64,000 nt of DNA from an uncultured Methanosarcinaceae archaeon (lineage in GTDB: Archaea > Halobacteriota > Methanosarcinia > Methanosarcinales > Methanosarcinaceae): the NCBI GenBank assembly GCA_963833425.1, contig CAWHXP010000007.1:96001-160000 (forward strand). The letters are read 5' to 3'. Position numbers and translations under genes: made by a program. Below the pieces are notes generated by a model that searched no databases, had not been told where the DNA came from, and saw only the letters and a list, made by a program, of their open reading frames with translations. Positions 35,213 to 46,699 of the stretch are shown one piece after another. Within the stretch, counting starts at the first letter, position 1. Every line of letters starts with the position of its first letter.

Positions 35213-36643
35213 ATGAAAATGCAGATTAACGGAAAAGCCGTAGATTCTTTAAATGGCGAGTCTTTTGATATTTTAAATCCAGCAACTGGTGAAGTTATCG
35301 ACCAAGTTCCTAGGGGCACTAGCGACGATGTGGCTGAAGCTGTCGAAGCTGCATCGTCAGCTTTTGACAGTTGGACTTCAGTCTCTTCTCAGCAGAGAGT
35401 TGGAGTCCTTTACAGAGCTGCTGGAATTGCAAGACAGAAAAGAGATGAACTTGCTATTCTGCTTACTAAAGAACAGGGAAAACCTATTGCAGAAGCTAAG
35501 AGTGAAATCGAGGGTTTTGCAAGCGTCCTCGAATATCATTGTGGCCTTGCACACAGTCTGCGAGGGGATTTCATTCGGGTTCCTCAAAATGGATATGCCT
35601 TTACAGTAAAGAAAGCCCTGGGTGTCTGTGCTGCCATAATTCCTTGGAACATGCCTGCTCTAATTATGGCCTGGAAAGTGGGCCCTGCTATTATTTCTGG
35701 GAATACGCTTGTACTGAAACCTTCAAGCAACACCCCTCTTACAAACCTTTCTCTTGCTTCTGTCCTTAGAGAAGCAGGTCTGCCTGATGGTGTTCTTAAT
35801 GTAATTACGGGTTCTGGAGAATTTGTGGGAGAACCTCTGGTTAAAAACCATAAAGTAAAGAAAGTTTCTTTTACTGGGGATGCAGCTACTGGGAAACGTG
35901 TAGCTGAACTTGCAGTCAGTGGAATAAAGAGAGCAACTTTGGAGCTAGGAGGAAGCGATCCAATGGTGGTCTGTAATGACGCAGATATTGAAAGCGCAGT
36001 TATTGGAGCCCTTAGAGGGAGATTTTACAATTGTGGTCAGATTTGCACTTCTGTCAAGAGGCTATATGTTTTTGAATCCGTAGCCGAAGAATTTATAAGA
36101 AAGTTTGAAACTGCTATCAAAAAATTGAGGATCGGAAATGGGATGTCTAATAATGTCGATATGGGCCCCCTCAACAACCAAGGGCAATGGGAATATATGA
36201 AAGATCTTGTAGCAGAAATTGAAGAAAAGGATGAGGGTAGAATCGTTACAGGAGGTCAGGTTGTAGCAAATAACGCCTTAAGCAGGGGGTATTTTTTTGA
36301 GCCAACTCTTGTTTTGGATGTTCCCAGGAAATCCAGAATTTTAACGGAAGAAGTATTTGGTCCTGTGTTGCCTCTAGTCAGAGTCAAGGATCTTGATGAG
36401 GCAATTGAAGAAGCAAATAATACTAGTTATGGCCTTGGGGCATCTATTTGGACCACTAATTTAGACAAGGCTCGTTTAGGGTGTGAGCAATTGAATGCAG
36501 GAATTGTATGGATAAATCAGCATCTTAAGGTAGCTCCGGAGGTACCTTTCGGGGGGATTAAAAAAAGTGGAATAGGAAACGAGAACGGACCTTATGCTCT
36601 TTCTGAATACTTGAATCTAAAAACTATAATGATAAAAACTTGA
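35213..36643 (+). CDS. NAD(P)-dependent aldehyde dehydrogenase
   Basis: IIPWNMP, LKPSS, SFTG, TLELGGSDP, NCGQICTS, EEVFGP, PFGGIKKSGIG motifs. Confidence 0.96.
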   Translation: MKMQINGKAVDSLNGESFDILNPATGEVIDQVPRGTSDDVAEAVEAASSAFDSWTSVSSQQRVGVLYRAAGIARQKRDELAILLTKEQGKPIAEAKSEIEGFASVLEYHCGLAHSLRGDFIRVPQNGYAFTVKKALGVCAAIIPWNMPALIMAWKVGPAIISGNTLVLKPSSNTPLTNLSLASVLREAGLPDGVLNVITGSGEFVGEPLVKNHKVKKVSFTGDAATGKRVAELAVSGIKRATLELGGSDPMVVCNDADIESAVIGALRGRFYNCGQICTSVKRLYVFESVAEEFIRKFETAIKKLRIGNGMSNNVDMGPLNNQGQWEYMKDLVAEIEEKDEGRIVTGGQVVANNALSRGYFFEPTLVLDVPRKSRILTEEVFGPVLPLVRVKDLDEAIEEANNTSYGLGASIWTTNLDKARLGCEQLNAGIVWINQHLKVAPEVPFGGIKKSGIGNENGPYALSEYLNLKTIMIKT

Positions 36644-36779
36644 ATACACTTCCCAAAGACAAAATTTTATCTAATGTTCAATTTTGTGAACCATAATATA
36701 AGTATTTATTTTTGATGAGCCAGCTAATTATGGCTCATCGATTCGTCTTTTAAAAAATAATTTAAAAAAACTGCGGAGC

Positions 36780-37049
36780 TTAATTTTTATATTTTGGTAG
36801 AAGCTGCATAAATTCGGAAGCCTCCATAACGGGCACACTGTCAATTATGCAGATATCTGACCATGGAAGGTTGAAAGCTCCATATGCTTCAGCGGTTTCT
36901 GCTTCGTAAAGGATATAATAACGGTTTCCTGAAAGGTCAACCCACTGGTTAATGATATCGATTCCTTCTGGAACCTTCATTTTCCTAAAATGTTCAAGAA
37001 TCTTATCGCGGTTCGAAGGGTCCCAGGTACTTACATCCATGAATAACAT
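36780..37049 (-). CDS. DUF3303-family protein
   Basis: MLFMDVSTWDP...PEGIDIINQWVDLSGNRYYILYE...PWSDIC..DSVPVM. Confidence 0.8.
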   Translation of the reverse strand: MLFMDVSTWDPSNRDKILEHFRKMKVPEGIDIINQWVDLSGNRYYILYEAETAEAYGAFNLPWSDICIIDSVPVMEASEFMQLLPKYKN

Positions 37050-38895
37050 CTTTTATCCCTCTCTATTTTATCGCTGTTCATTAAACTTCCCCGGAAGCTC
37101 GCTGTTTTTTATAGCAGCCGGGATTCTTCTTAAAAGCTCGACTTAATAAGAAATAATATGCTATGTGGCAGGAGTTCTGACATGCAAGCTCTCAAGATGC
37201 TGATTGAAGGCAAAAATTCAGATTTTTTAATCGGCTTGTCTTACATTATCTATCCTTGTCAAAATCTCAATTAATGACAAATTTGGAAAGACAGTTAGTA
37301 ATGCAGAATTCCTTCTGATTTACAGACATTACATTAATATCCCTTAGACTATATAATAGTTCGTCTTAAAAGATTGTATTGAGTCTAATGACCTTTCTTC
37401 CATACAAAATATTGTAATGAAAACCCAAGAAAAAGCTCCCTACGAATAACCAATGTTATTGCAATTATCACTTTTTTAATGAGAGAGTTTGTAAATTCGA
37501 ATCCTTCTTTAATAAAGCCATTTATATTTCTTTTTGGACAGTCGGTCGAAGAGAACATTCGTGCAAGGTAAAGCCAGAAGAGCTAGCAAACTACATAACC
37601 TTCCCAATATGTTCCTACTCCTATTATACAAATGATACATTTATGCGTAAAAGATTTGCCCAGTGAAATTGGTACTTGAGAACACAGGAAACAACTTCCA
37701 ATACCCTTAGATAGAAATCCAGATTTTTTCTTCTTGCATTCAGAGAAATCTGTTCTGTTCTAGAGATAAGAAATTGTGTAAATAATGTGTTTTCTATAAT
37801 AAAAAGGTGGATAATTAATTTGTTCAATAACAGCTCCAAAAGGCATATCAGCTTTTGTGCTCAGCCACTGATTTCCATTTATTATGAGGCTCTTATTAAG
37901 ACCTACGAGGGAACATGAAATCCTATTACAATGGATTTTAGGAGTTCTTGGATGTTCTAAGATTTCCCTTTGTGAGTTTATTCAGTAACTTGGACCCAAC
38001 AGTTAAAGTCATAGAATCAATGTTAAAAAGTACCCGTCGATTATTACTCACGCTATCTTATTGTCGTCGCTCACGATCTATATCATTCTTTATTCGCCAC
38101 ACTACGCAGTTATTTAGCTTGATAGATCTTCTACAGGGAATTGAACCTTTTTCTCAAATATCATAATTTTTAGGTTATTTGAATTTAAATATATAAATAC
38201 CAACTCCACGAATTATATCCTAGTTTACTCCTTGGTTAACAGCTTTTTCCAGACTATTTTCCCCGTATCGCGTAAGGTTGCTGAAAAAGCAACTAAATTC
38301 GTGGAGTACTTGTGTTAATGACTTTGAGAGAATTGTTTATTCTGAAAGTGATGCTTAGGCTTAGAATCAGTTGATTGTTTGTCCAAAGTCCAGCAGTGGC
38401 AGTCCAATATTATCAAGTAGTGCGATTTTTTTTCATTGCGTGTCAAATTATAGGCTAGATAATCATCAAAGATTTTGTCGGTAGAATGTATGGAGTGACA
38501 CGTATGCATATAGGCTACAATACGTAGTAAATCAAGCTTGGTTATTTTCCATCAGAGAATCTACTTTTTATTGTAGTTTCCTGTAAGTTGAAAGCTTGAT
38601 ATTTAAAACATAGAGAAACTGCATAAATACTTTGAAATAAAGGACTCACATTAATTCAGGACTACGTACTTGAGTATACAAATAAGTATAATTATACACA
38701 GTGGTTTAATTTTTCATTTAAGACAGTTAAGAGTTTTCTATTTCCAATTCAACTTCTTAAGTCCTAGATAATATCGGTTGAAAAATTTCTAAAGATATCC
38801 GAGCTTAACGCTCTAGTAGTCAACTCTCATCCAATTTTTTAGCACATTTTAGGCTTTTTTAAAGATTGCTCATCAAAAATTAAAGTAGCAGAATC

Positions 38896-39468
38896 CTAAT
38901 TGAGATCTCTGAGAATTTCATCCGTTTTCCGTACCATGCCAATTCTTTTGAATATGAAATTCACTGCAGCATTGTGCTGTTCCTCAGATCTTGAGGCCAT
39001 AGCGTCCTCGACAAAAATCTGACGAAATCCGTACTCGTAGGCAAACCTCGCTGTGCTCTCAACGCCAAAATCTGTTGCAATTCCACAAAGCACGATCGTC
39101 TTAATCCCACGTCTCCGTAGCTGGAGTTCGAGATCGGTTCCATAAAATGCTCCCCATTGCTTTTTAGTGATAACGATATCACTTGAAGTTGGAGCAATTT
39201 CAGGTACAAATTCAGACCAATCCGGAGAGGGGATTGTACGATGGGAGAATGATTCATCGCTTTCAGGGTTTAGAATCGTTGCTTTTGTTATTATTACATG
39301 AACAAGGAATACCGGCATCATGTTTTTTCTGAATGTGTTCACTAGTTTTGCTGCATTATTTATAACATCTTCTGCAGAATAGGGCTTAGTAGGCTGCGCA
39401 GTTATCCCTTTCTGCAGATCTATGACCACAAGGGCTGTTTTAGTTTTATCAATGACTACTTCCTGCAG
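38896..39468 (-). CDS. Isochorismatase-family cysteine hydrolase
   Basis: TALVVIDLQKG, ITKKQWGAFYGTDLELQLRRRGIKTIVLCGIATDFGVESTAR. Homology extends upstream of the track start, to a CTG at 39468. Confidence 0.88.
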   Translation of the reverse strand: MQEVVIDKTKTALVVIDLQKGITAQPTKPYSAEDVINNAAKLVNTFRKNMMPVFLVHVIITKATILNPESDESFSHRTIPSPDWSEFVPEIAPTSSDIVITKKQWGAFYGTDLELQLRRRGIKTIVLCGIATDFGVESTARFAYEYGFRQIFVEDAMASRSEEQHNAAVNFIFKRIGMVRKTDEILRDLN

Positions 39469-40277
39469 ATCATCACCAATTGCATTAACATCAGATTATA
39501 TTTAATCACTCTGGTTATAGGTGATGTATCGTTGATTAGAGAAGATAGTCGTTATGATTGCGTTCTGATAGCTTGTGATTGTTTTGGAACCATTTTATAA
39601 TAAAAAATTTGATGGAGAGACCTATACCATAGGGAGAAAAGTACCTCGCCTTTTTTGAAGTAGATGATTATGTTGAATTACCGGAGATTGCCAAATTTCC
39701 AATATGGTTTAGATATAGACTATTTTGGAGTTTCTCTTCTTCAAATTCATACTTTTCCTTTTTTAAGTTGTTTAAGATGCTATTTAGATTTCTTTAATGT
39801 CATTCAGTCTACCTATATACTAAATTTTTGACTTAGTGTTTATAATTGATTCACAATTTCTTCAGATATTTATCCAAGTGGAAATCCATGTAGGTTACCC
39901 ACGAAAATGATCTGCAGCAGTAAATTTAGTCCTCAAATACCGATTTTTTTGATTATTTATGCTAGTCTCACAATATTTTTTTCTTTTATCAGCTAGTGAT
40001 CTTTTATAAGTTATGCGTTCCCATATTTTGTGTAATGATTTAGTAAACAAATTGCTTTCATTGGAAGAAAGGAATTAAAATGGTGCTATTAACTTATTCG
40101 TCGATTTGTTTCTCAAAATGAATTAGTTAATCGGTGTTCGAATATTCCGAATAAAAGATGAAATATAACTGGGGTTTTTTTGAAATCATATATATATACA
40201 TATATATTGGAATATATATAAGAAACCTCCGCATAAAAGATAATTCATTCAAAAAACTATCCAAAAGGGAGTCTGAA

Positions 40278-40790
40278 GTGAAAAAATACATGGCAATTTT
40301 GAGGATACAGTAATATTTGATGTAAGAAAAATAAGAAAAAAGAGTTTGAAAACTTGCTCAGGAATGAACTTGGTTACATATCAACCACTGATCCTTATGG
40401 AATTACAAAACAATATTTGAAATAAAAATTAATTTGGAGAATTTTTAAAAAATAACTTTCAAGTTAGGTCAAGGATTTAAGAGCTAATTTGAGATCTTTA
40501 ATATTTCTCGTTTTTTAGGAAAAACGGAATGCTAAATTCTGTAATCACTACTCTTGTACTCTGCCCATTCCCTAATCCTGTGAAAGCTTTTAAGGAAATT
40601 AAACGCATTCTGAAATCTTCAGGTGAGGTTAATACCTCTAAAGCACATTTTCTGTAGCAACCCCTTATTTCCTTGTTTTAAAAGATTAATTGATTCAGTT
40701 CTTTTTTCCTTTTTGTGATCCTACGAAGCTAGTATAGTTAAGAACATAGAATAAGTTGACTCCACCATTCAGGGAGCAAAAAAATTGGCT
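40278..40790 (+). pseudogene. Decayed class I SAM-dependent methyltransferase
   Basis: Fragment NSVITTLVLCPFPNPVKAFKEIKRILKSSGE (Methyltransf_11-like motif) in broken frames. Boundaries approximate. Confidence 0.55.
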
Positions 40791-41082
40791 TTTAAGGAAG
40801 CTTTCTCGAAAATACGATAGAAAACCCAAAGGTTTAATTCATGAATTCTTTAGTTTTGAAATTTTTTTAGAATAGGAGTTATGCAGTTGAGGTGTAAAAA
40901 TCAAGGACATTAGATTTTGAGATTTAAACTTAGATCTTAGAAATAAAAGGTTTAATAATATTGATTTTTCAGTTTAACTGCAAAAGCCCTATATTGTTTA
41001 TCTCCAAACGGCTATTTAATTTTTGGCGGATCTATATACAGTTCCTGCCAAATTTGGGTAGCATTCAATTGTTTTGTCAGCC

Positions 41083-41304
41083 TTAAACGCAGAATTCCTC
41101 TCCAAGAGTAGTATCAATACACTCACGACACATCATTCTAGGAAGATCTTTCTTTAGCGTCAAATGGGCTAGCGGATATCCTCCCTTCATCGGCAACTCC
41201 ACCTGCTTTATGTGTTCCATGCAGAGGCCTTTTCCACAGACGATGCAAATACCAACTGCTTCATTGACTTTATTCTCTTCAGAGCAATCATAGCATCTTA
41301 GCAT
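41083..41304 (-). CDS. DUF2180-family small Cys-rich protein
   Basis: MLRCYDC...AVGICIVCGKGLCMEH...RMMCREC; GGTGA RBS. Confidence 0.85.
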   Translation of the reverse strand: MLRCYDCSEENKVNEAVGICIVCGKGLCMEHIKQVELPMKGGYPLAHLTLKKDLPRMMCRECIDTTLGEEFCV

Positions 41305-41315
41305 TCTTGGTCACC

Positions 41316-41546
41316 TCAACAAACCTCATTAAATAAGCAGTTCTCTTTCAGGGATACATGACAAGGCAGGCAAACAATTCTTTTGATATGCTCAAGGTCG
41401 GGCTTCAGCTCGATCGGATAATTTCCTTCCCATACAGGGATTTCTTCATGTATAAGGTGTTCCGTACAAACTCCTCGCCCACATACTATACAAATTCCAA
41501 TAGCGTCTATGTCTTTGCCTTCTCTGGCGCATTCGTAGCATTTCAT
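41316..41546 (-). CDS. DUF2180-family small Cys-rich protein
   Basis: MKCYEC...AIGICIVCGRGVCTEH...RIVCLPC; GGAGA RBS. Confidence 0.85.
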   Translation of the reverse strand: MKCYECAREGKDIDAIGICIVCGRGVCTEHLIHEEIPVWEGNYPIELKPDLEHIKRIVCLPCHVSLKENCLFNEVC

Positions 41547-42329
41547 CGGTTTTCCTCCAAATCATGAGACTTGTTTCTTTCTCCGAACATCTCTACGTCT
41601 AAAAGTAATGCGAGTATAACTAAATAGATTTTGGCCGATATTTTCATGGCTACTATAAGAGTCGTCTCTTTTCCACAACAAAAAAGAATTTTGCCTACTA
41701 CTTATATACAATAACCGTATTGCAGCAGACCTCATAGCTGTTTTTTCACTTTTAGCATATATAACAATTGCTAGCTTATCTCTTTTAGTTGAATTGAAAG
41801 CTTTTAAGCAGTTTATAATTAATTCTCCTGCTCGTAATTTCATTTGCAGTTTTTGTCAAATAGAACTTGAAAACTCAAAGCATAAAAATAAGTGGAATAG
41901 GCTTTACAGTTAAGAATATATTTTTTCAATTAAAGGCTAACATTATTGATTTCTCAGTTAAATAGTGTAATATTCGTCACTTCTCTATAAATTCCACTGT
42001 CCTGAATTCAACTCAATTACGGGAACATTTAGGCTTACCAATTTTTATGTCATAAATAATAAAAATTCTTTAGAAGCCGTCTATAGGCCGGAAAGCGTCT
42101 GTCCATTTTCTGCGATGTCTGTAACACTATCGCAGGATGCTTTCATACCGTTTGGTTCGAGCGTATCAGTTTAATTTTGCTTGTCGTATGTCACAACCCG
42201 TACAATAGTTCGACATATATTTCTTTATGGAATTTTTTACCCTAACAGTTGACTCAAATTAGACTTTCAGGCTTCTCCACATTGTCTTGCGAGCTTAGCA
42301 CATCTGCATGAATACTGATGCGCCTCATA

Positions 42330-42720
42330 ATAGTAGGGTTATTTCAATATCAATAGACGCAAGTAAAAAGGTAATATTGGGATGGAAAATTAGTCAAAAA
42401 CAGGCCATGAAATCAAAAATGCAGATGCTCTTATAAGGCAATCAAATGAGACGAATGTCTGATTTTTATGTAATGGATCGGAAATACGATTCAGAAAAAA
42501 TATATTTTATAATTAGAGAAGAAATCAAAGAAGATTCAATTATACCTGTAAGAAAGAAAAAAGGAAGAAAATAACAGGAAAATATAGAAACAATTAAACC
42601 TTGTCTTTGACAAAACAAATAAAATCAAAGAAATATTGTGGAGACAATATTTTCTATAGTTAGGAGTAATTAGAAGAGATACTAAGGGCAAGGAAATTCC
42701 GTTATCAAGTAAAAGGGTTC
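42330..42720 (+). mobile_element. Transposase fragment of the same family as 16250-17025
   Basis: AATATTGGGATGGAAAATTAGTCAAAAA and ATAATTAGAGAAGAAATCAAAG are shared with the reverse complement of 16380-16560. Confidence 0.75.
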
Positions 42721-43394
42721 TGTTGCAAAAAATCCTAATATTGAAGTAAAACTTTAGTTTCACAGCAAAGAACATGATACAGCAGCAGCTTTCAATTCCT
42801 CTGGCATTGGCAAAATACAACATATCCCTACCAAAAGTTGTCGACTTAGTTGTCGATCAAATCCTGAGCAAGCTTTTCGATTGATTCCTTAGTCTCACCC
42901 TAAATTCAATCCTATACACCTTTGTCCCGTGACATACTGAAACTGCCGATGGCTCAATCCCTAATTTGCCGAAATTGCCTGTGAATGCCCTCTATTTAAA
43001 GTTTTATCTTAATACTGCCTTTTTGCTGGGATAAGATCCCATGTAGCTTTTTGACACAGACTTTCCATAATCATCAAGCATTATATTCACAATCTGAATT
43101 TGTATATTGTATATAAATATATTATTATTAGTGCGAAAAATTGCAGTAAGGTATTGATCTACGAATTGATTATTTCTATAAAAACCGCAAGTTTTTAAAA
43201 ATTTACCTATTTTTTCCAAATGCATTTCACGATACCACTTAAATAGTCACACTCTTTAAGATCGTTAATAGAAACTAAGGTAAGGTTTGAAGGTTCAGAA
43301 TATGACTATTTACATGACCAACTCGCACAACTCGTTAAGAAAAAAAGTATCTGAGGAAAACCTCAAGACTTCAATAGAAAAAACAAGAAATAAG

Positions 43395-43997
43395 ACTGAA
43401 AAGGTTGTAGGTGTCGGGAAAATAATAATTGCAGATTTTGATATAGTAGATTCCAGCAATCTTAATAGACAATTTCTCCACTATGAACGAGACGTTGGAA
43501 GCAACAAGGTAAAATCTGCCAAGAAAAAACTTATGTCCATGAATCCGGAAATAAAAGTGGAGACGATCAAGGAAAAAATAACCAATGAAAATGTAGACTC
43601 ATTAGTTCCTCCTTGCGACCTGATCATAGATGCACTGGATAATTTTGATACGAGGCATGTTTTGAATAAGCTTGCAGTTGAACGAAAAATACCCTTTATC
43701 CACGGCGCAGTTTCAGGGTACAGAGACAAAGTGACAACAGTAATTCCAGGAAAAACTCCATGTCTTTGCTGTATATTCCCTAGCTCATTTAAAAAAGAAG
43801 TATTTCCGGTACTTGGAACAACCCCAGGGGTAATTGGCACAATTCAGGCAAATGAAGCAATTAAATATATCACAGGGCAGGGAAGGCTTCTGGAAAATCG
43901 TCTCTTGTTATGGGACGGTTTTTCAAGCTCTTTTAGCGAACTAAATATTAATAAAACCGAAAATTGTCCAGTATGTGGAATTACTAATAGAAAATGA
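43395..43997 (+). pseudogene. 5'-truncated ThiF/MoeB (E1-like) adenylyltransferase
   Basis: GVGKIIIADFDIVDSSNLNRQF, DALDNFDTR, PCLCC, GVIGTIQANE, CPVCG are present. The N-terminal RYxRQ and GxGGxG motifs are replaced by unrelated sequence. Confidence 0.75.
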
Positions 43998-44289
43998 AAT
44001 CAACTACATGCTACTGAAGTAACTGGTATGGATGTCCCTGACAAATCTGACCATATTATCCGTATGTGTGGTTGACAGATACTCCAGAGACTTTAAGATA
44101 TATCTATAGTCTAGTATTCTATGTTCGATGTATCTAGTACCATTAAAATCAGCATCAAGTTCAAAACCTGGTAAAAAAATAATCTGATAAACATTATATT
44201 CTGTTTTAGATAGGGTTTTTGCTATAATCTGAAGAAAATTACTCCAAACCAATATTAACAGTCTTAAGAAGGCAAGTGCGAAATCCATT

Positions 44290-45263
44290 CATGCGCTTAT
44301 AAAGTTAAGCTCGATGGATGGGAAGCAAGTGCTTCAATGGACGGTCAGCTACCCAAATATGGTAAAAAAGCCAACCGGTAGCGACTACTGCATCCACAAC
44401 CTGCAACAAACTGCATTTGGAGCAATTGGGAGAAAAGCAATAACTTATGACCCTAAATGGAATGAAGGAAATTACTGTGGGAACGAAATACCTGTACAAG
44501 GACTCGCACTCGCACACTTGGTAAACCAAATAGCATACCTGATCAATGCTTCGATGCAAAAGAAGTTTGGAAGAGTTCAGCAGAACGAACAAGTACTATA
44601 CCGTCCACCAATTTTCAGGTCGAATGCTACCTGAATCATCAGGGAGACACCTTTACAAAGCGTTTTGAAGCAAATTAGTATCTCTATACTACAAAATGCG
44701 TGGATTCTTCGACCTTTCAAAGAACGAGTCTCTTATAGAGAGTTTTGCTGGAGTTACCGCGAAATACTTAGTAATCTCCATGACATCAGATTGGCTAATC
44801 CTCCGTATCGATCTCAAGAAATCAGGTCTCAAAATGGACATGATGCCTTCTTGCTTGAAAAGGGGCAGACGAATTACCTAATAAAAAGTTTTCTATCGAA
44901 TATTCTTGTAAAAGACAGCATGAATCAGAATTTCTATTCAGTTTTCATAGAGAGCAATCGAGAAAGTACCAAGACTCATGGTAAAAAAGAGGGTCTACAA
45001 TCAACTGTCATATCAAAAGATGGAAAGCTGGAAGGTATTGTCACCTTCTGGGATATTAAAATGCAGTAGCCTGTAAAATAACTGAATTAAATGAGATAAT
45101 TACGCTTGATGTCAGGTATGTTCATGGAGAAGATAAAATTGAGACTACATTCATAATGGAAAACTACTCAATTTCTGCACTTCCAGTCATCGACTCAGAA
45201 AACCATATAATAGGTATGGTTATAGGTGATAGCGTAAATACTCTTAGCGGAAAGTTCCGTTAA
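44290..45263 (+). pseudogene. metX: Decayed homoserine O-acetyltransferase with C-terminal CBS pair
   Basis: SSMDGKQVLQW..YP (GxSMGG remnant), AITYDPKWNEGNY, GLALA, SMTSDWL, NGHDAFLLE, then CBS-like GKLEGIVTFWDI and ISALPVID. Several frameshifts; 5' part missing. Confidence 0.85.
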
Positions 45264-45891
45264 TTCAGAAGAAGACTCAAAATTAGAGTTTTTTTGTCCT
45301 CACAATTATTTAAGTACAATACCTAAAAGATTAGATATGTCGTATAAAGCAGAATGATAGAATAGCATTATACGCTAAAAATATTAAATATGTTTAGAAC
45401 CTACTATAAATGACGTTCTCATCTGTTGCTGCATAGCAAAGAGCTATTCCACGAAAATTCCATTCAGTAAATATCCCTTAAAAATATAGTCAATATAATG
45501 AAGAGATAAAATCAAAAGATGTAACTTGTGGATCCAATATTAAATCTCTTTTATACGAGATCATGTCTTTCAAACTTCAATAAATATCCAGGTGAGAACG
45601 CAACTTATTCTCCAAAATATAACCTAAGAATATGCTTTTTTTGATTGATTACAGCCACAAAAAACCTTTTTTAGGATCATTTACTACAGATACCAGTTTT
45701 TATATAATTCAATTAAACTTGACATACGAGTTGAACTGAAAAATCTATCGCCTTTTAAAATACGAATTTAAAGCACATTGTTTATTGAGTTTGATCCTGT
45801 ACCTTAAGTGTGTAAACCATAATATTGCCAGCTGATAGTAGTAAATCCTTTTACAAAAAAGCGACCCTAATTCCCCTGTAAAAAGATCTCA

Positions 45892-46221
45892 TCAAACCCT
45901 ACAACCACATTTCTTGTCTTTCAGGATCTGTACCTGTTCCTCATAAGAATTCACAAATTCATTCTGAAAGGCTTTTCCTGTGGCTAGAGAAGGCTCTAAA
46001 GGAGTCTGATGCTTATAACCACGCTCTGCCATCTCATGGACAAGGGATTCGTGTCGAATGTAAAGCGCTTTCAGCCTTGCTTTCCATCGTAATGTTTCTG
46101 GATGATGGGTGTATGCCTTCTTATTGTTAGTTATTATGGACCATATAGCATGTAATTCTCTGTGTTCTCCCAGAAGATGCTGTCTGCATAACTTCTCAGG
46201 GGATATATCCCAAATTCTCAT
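45892..46221 (-). CDS. Pyrimidine-dimer DNA glycosylase / T4 endonuclease V-like protein
   Basis: MRIWDISPEKLCRQHLLGEHRELH...HPETLRW...RHESLVHEMAERGYKH. Confidence 0.85.
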   Translation of the reverse strand: MRIWDISPEKLCRQHLLGEHRELHAIWSIITNNKKAYTHHPETLRWKARLKALYIRHESLVHEMAERGYKHQTPLEPSLATGKAFQNEFVNSYEEQVQILKDKKCGCRV

Positions 46222-46699
46222 AACACTAATCTGAATACATTCAGAAAGAGCTTTCGGAAATACGGTTTACTCATCCTAAAAACTTAGTTTAATATTTTGC
46301 ATCTGATTCTTTATTCTGAGATTTTTTTATCGACTTAATGGAAAATATTTCTATGAATAGTAGAGTATTTTCTGTTCTCTGGCATTATTTTGATTTTACT
46401 AATTGCTGCATCGCGTTCTCCACAGATAGACACTAAAATGTAATCTATTTTTTTCAATATAAAAAGAGCTTCAAAATCAATCTACAACACTACACAATGA
46501 TTTCGGTTATAAAAACCAAAAGATGCAAAGGAAATTTTGTTAAAATTGAGCGAAGAGATATCAAGATATCTAGTTCCCGATGAGCAATAGGTCCTAGTTT
46601 TTCGTTGTGAATCATAAGCACAATAAAAGTAGATACGAAAATTTTGGTGCTCCTCATTAAATTAGTTGGCGTAATAAAAATTTTCTAGTTTAGCAGTTC

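Noticed and set aside
42072..42110. Group II intron domain V look-alike (AGCCGT...GAAA)
   Set aside because: No complementary ACGG-TTC arm, no domain VI and no reverse transcriptase remnant.
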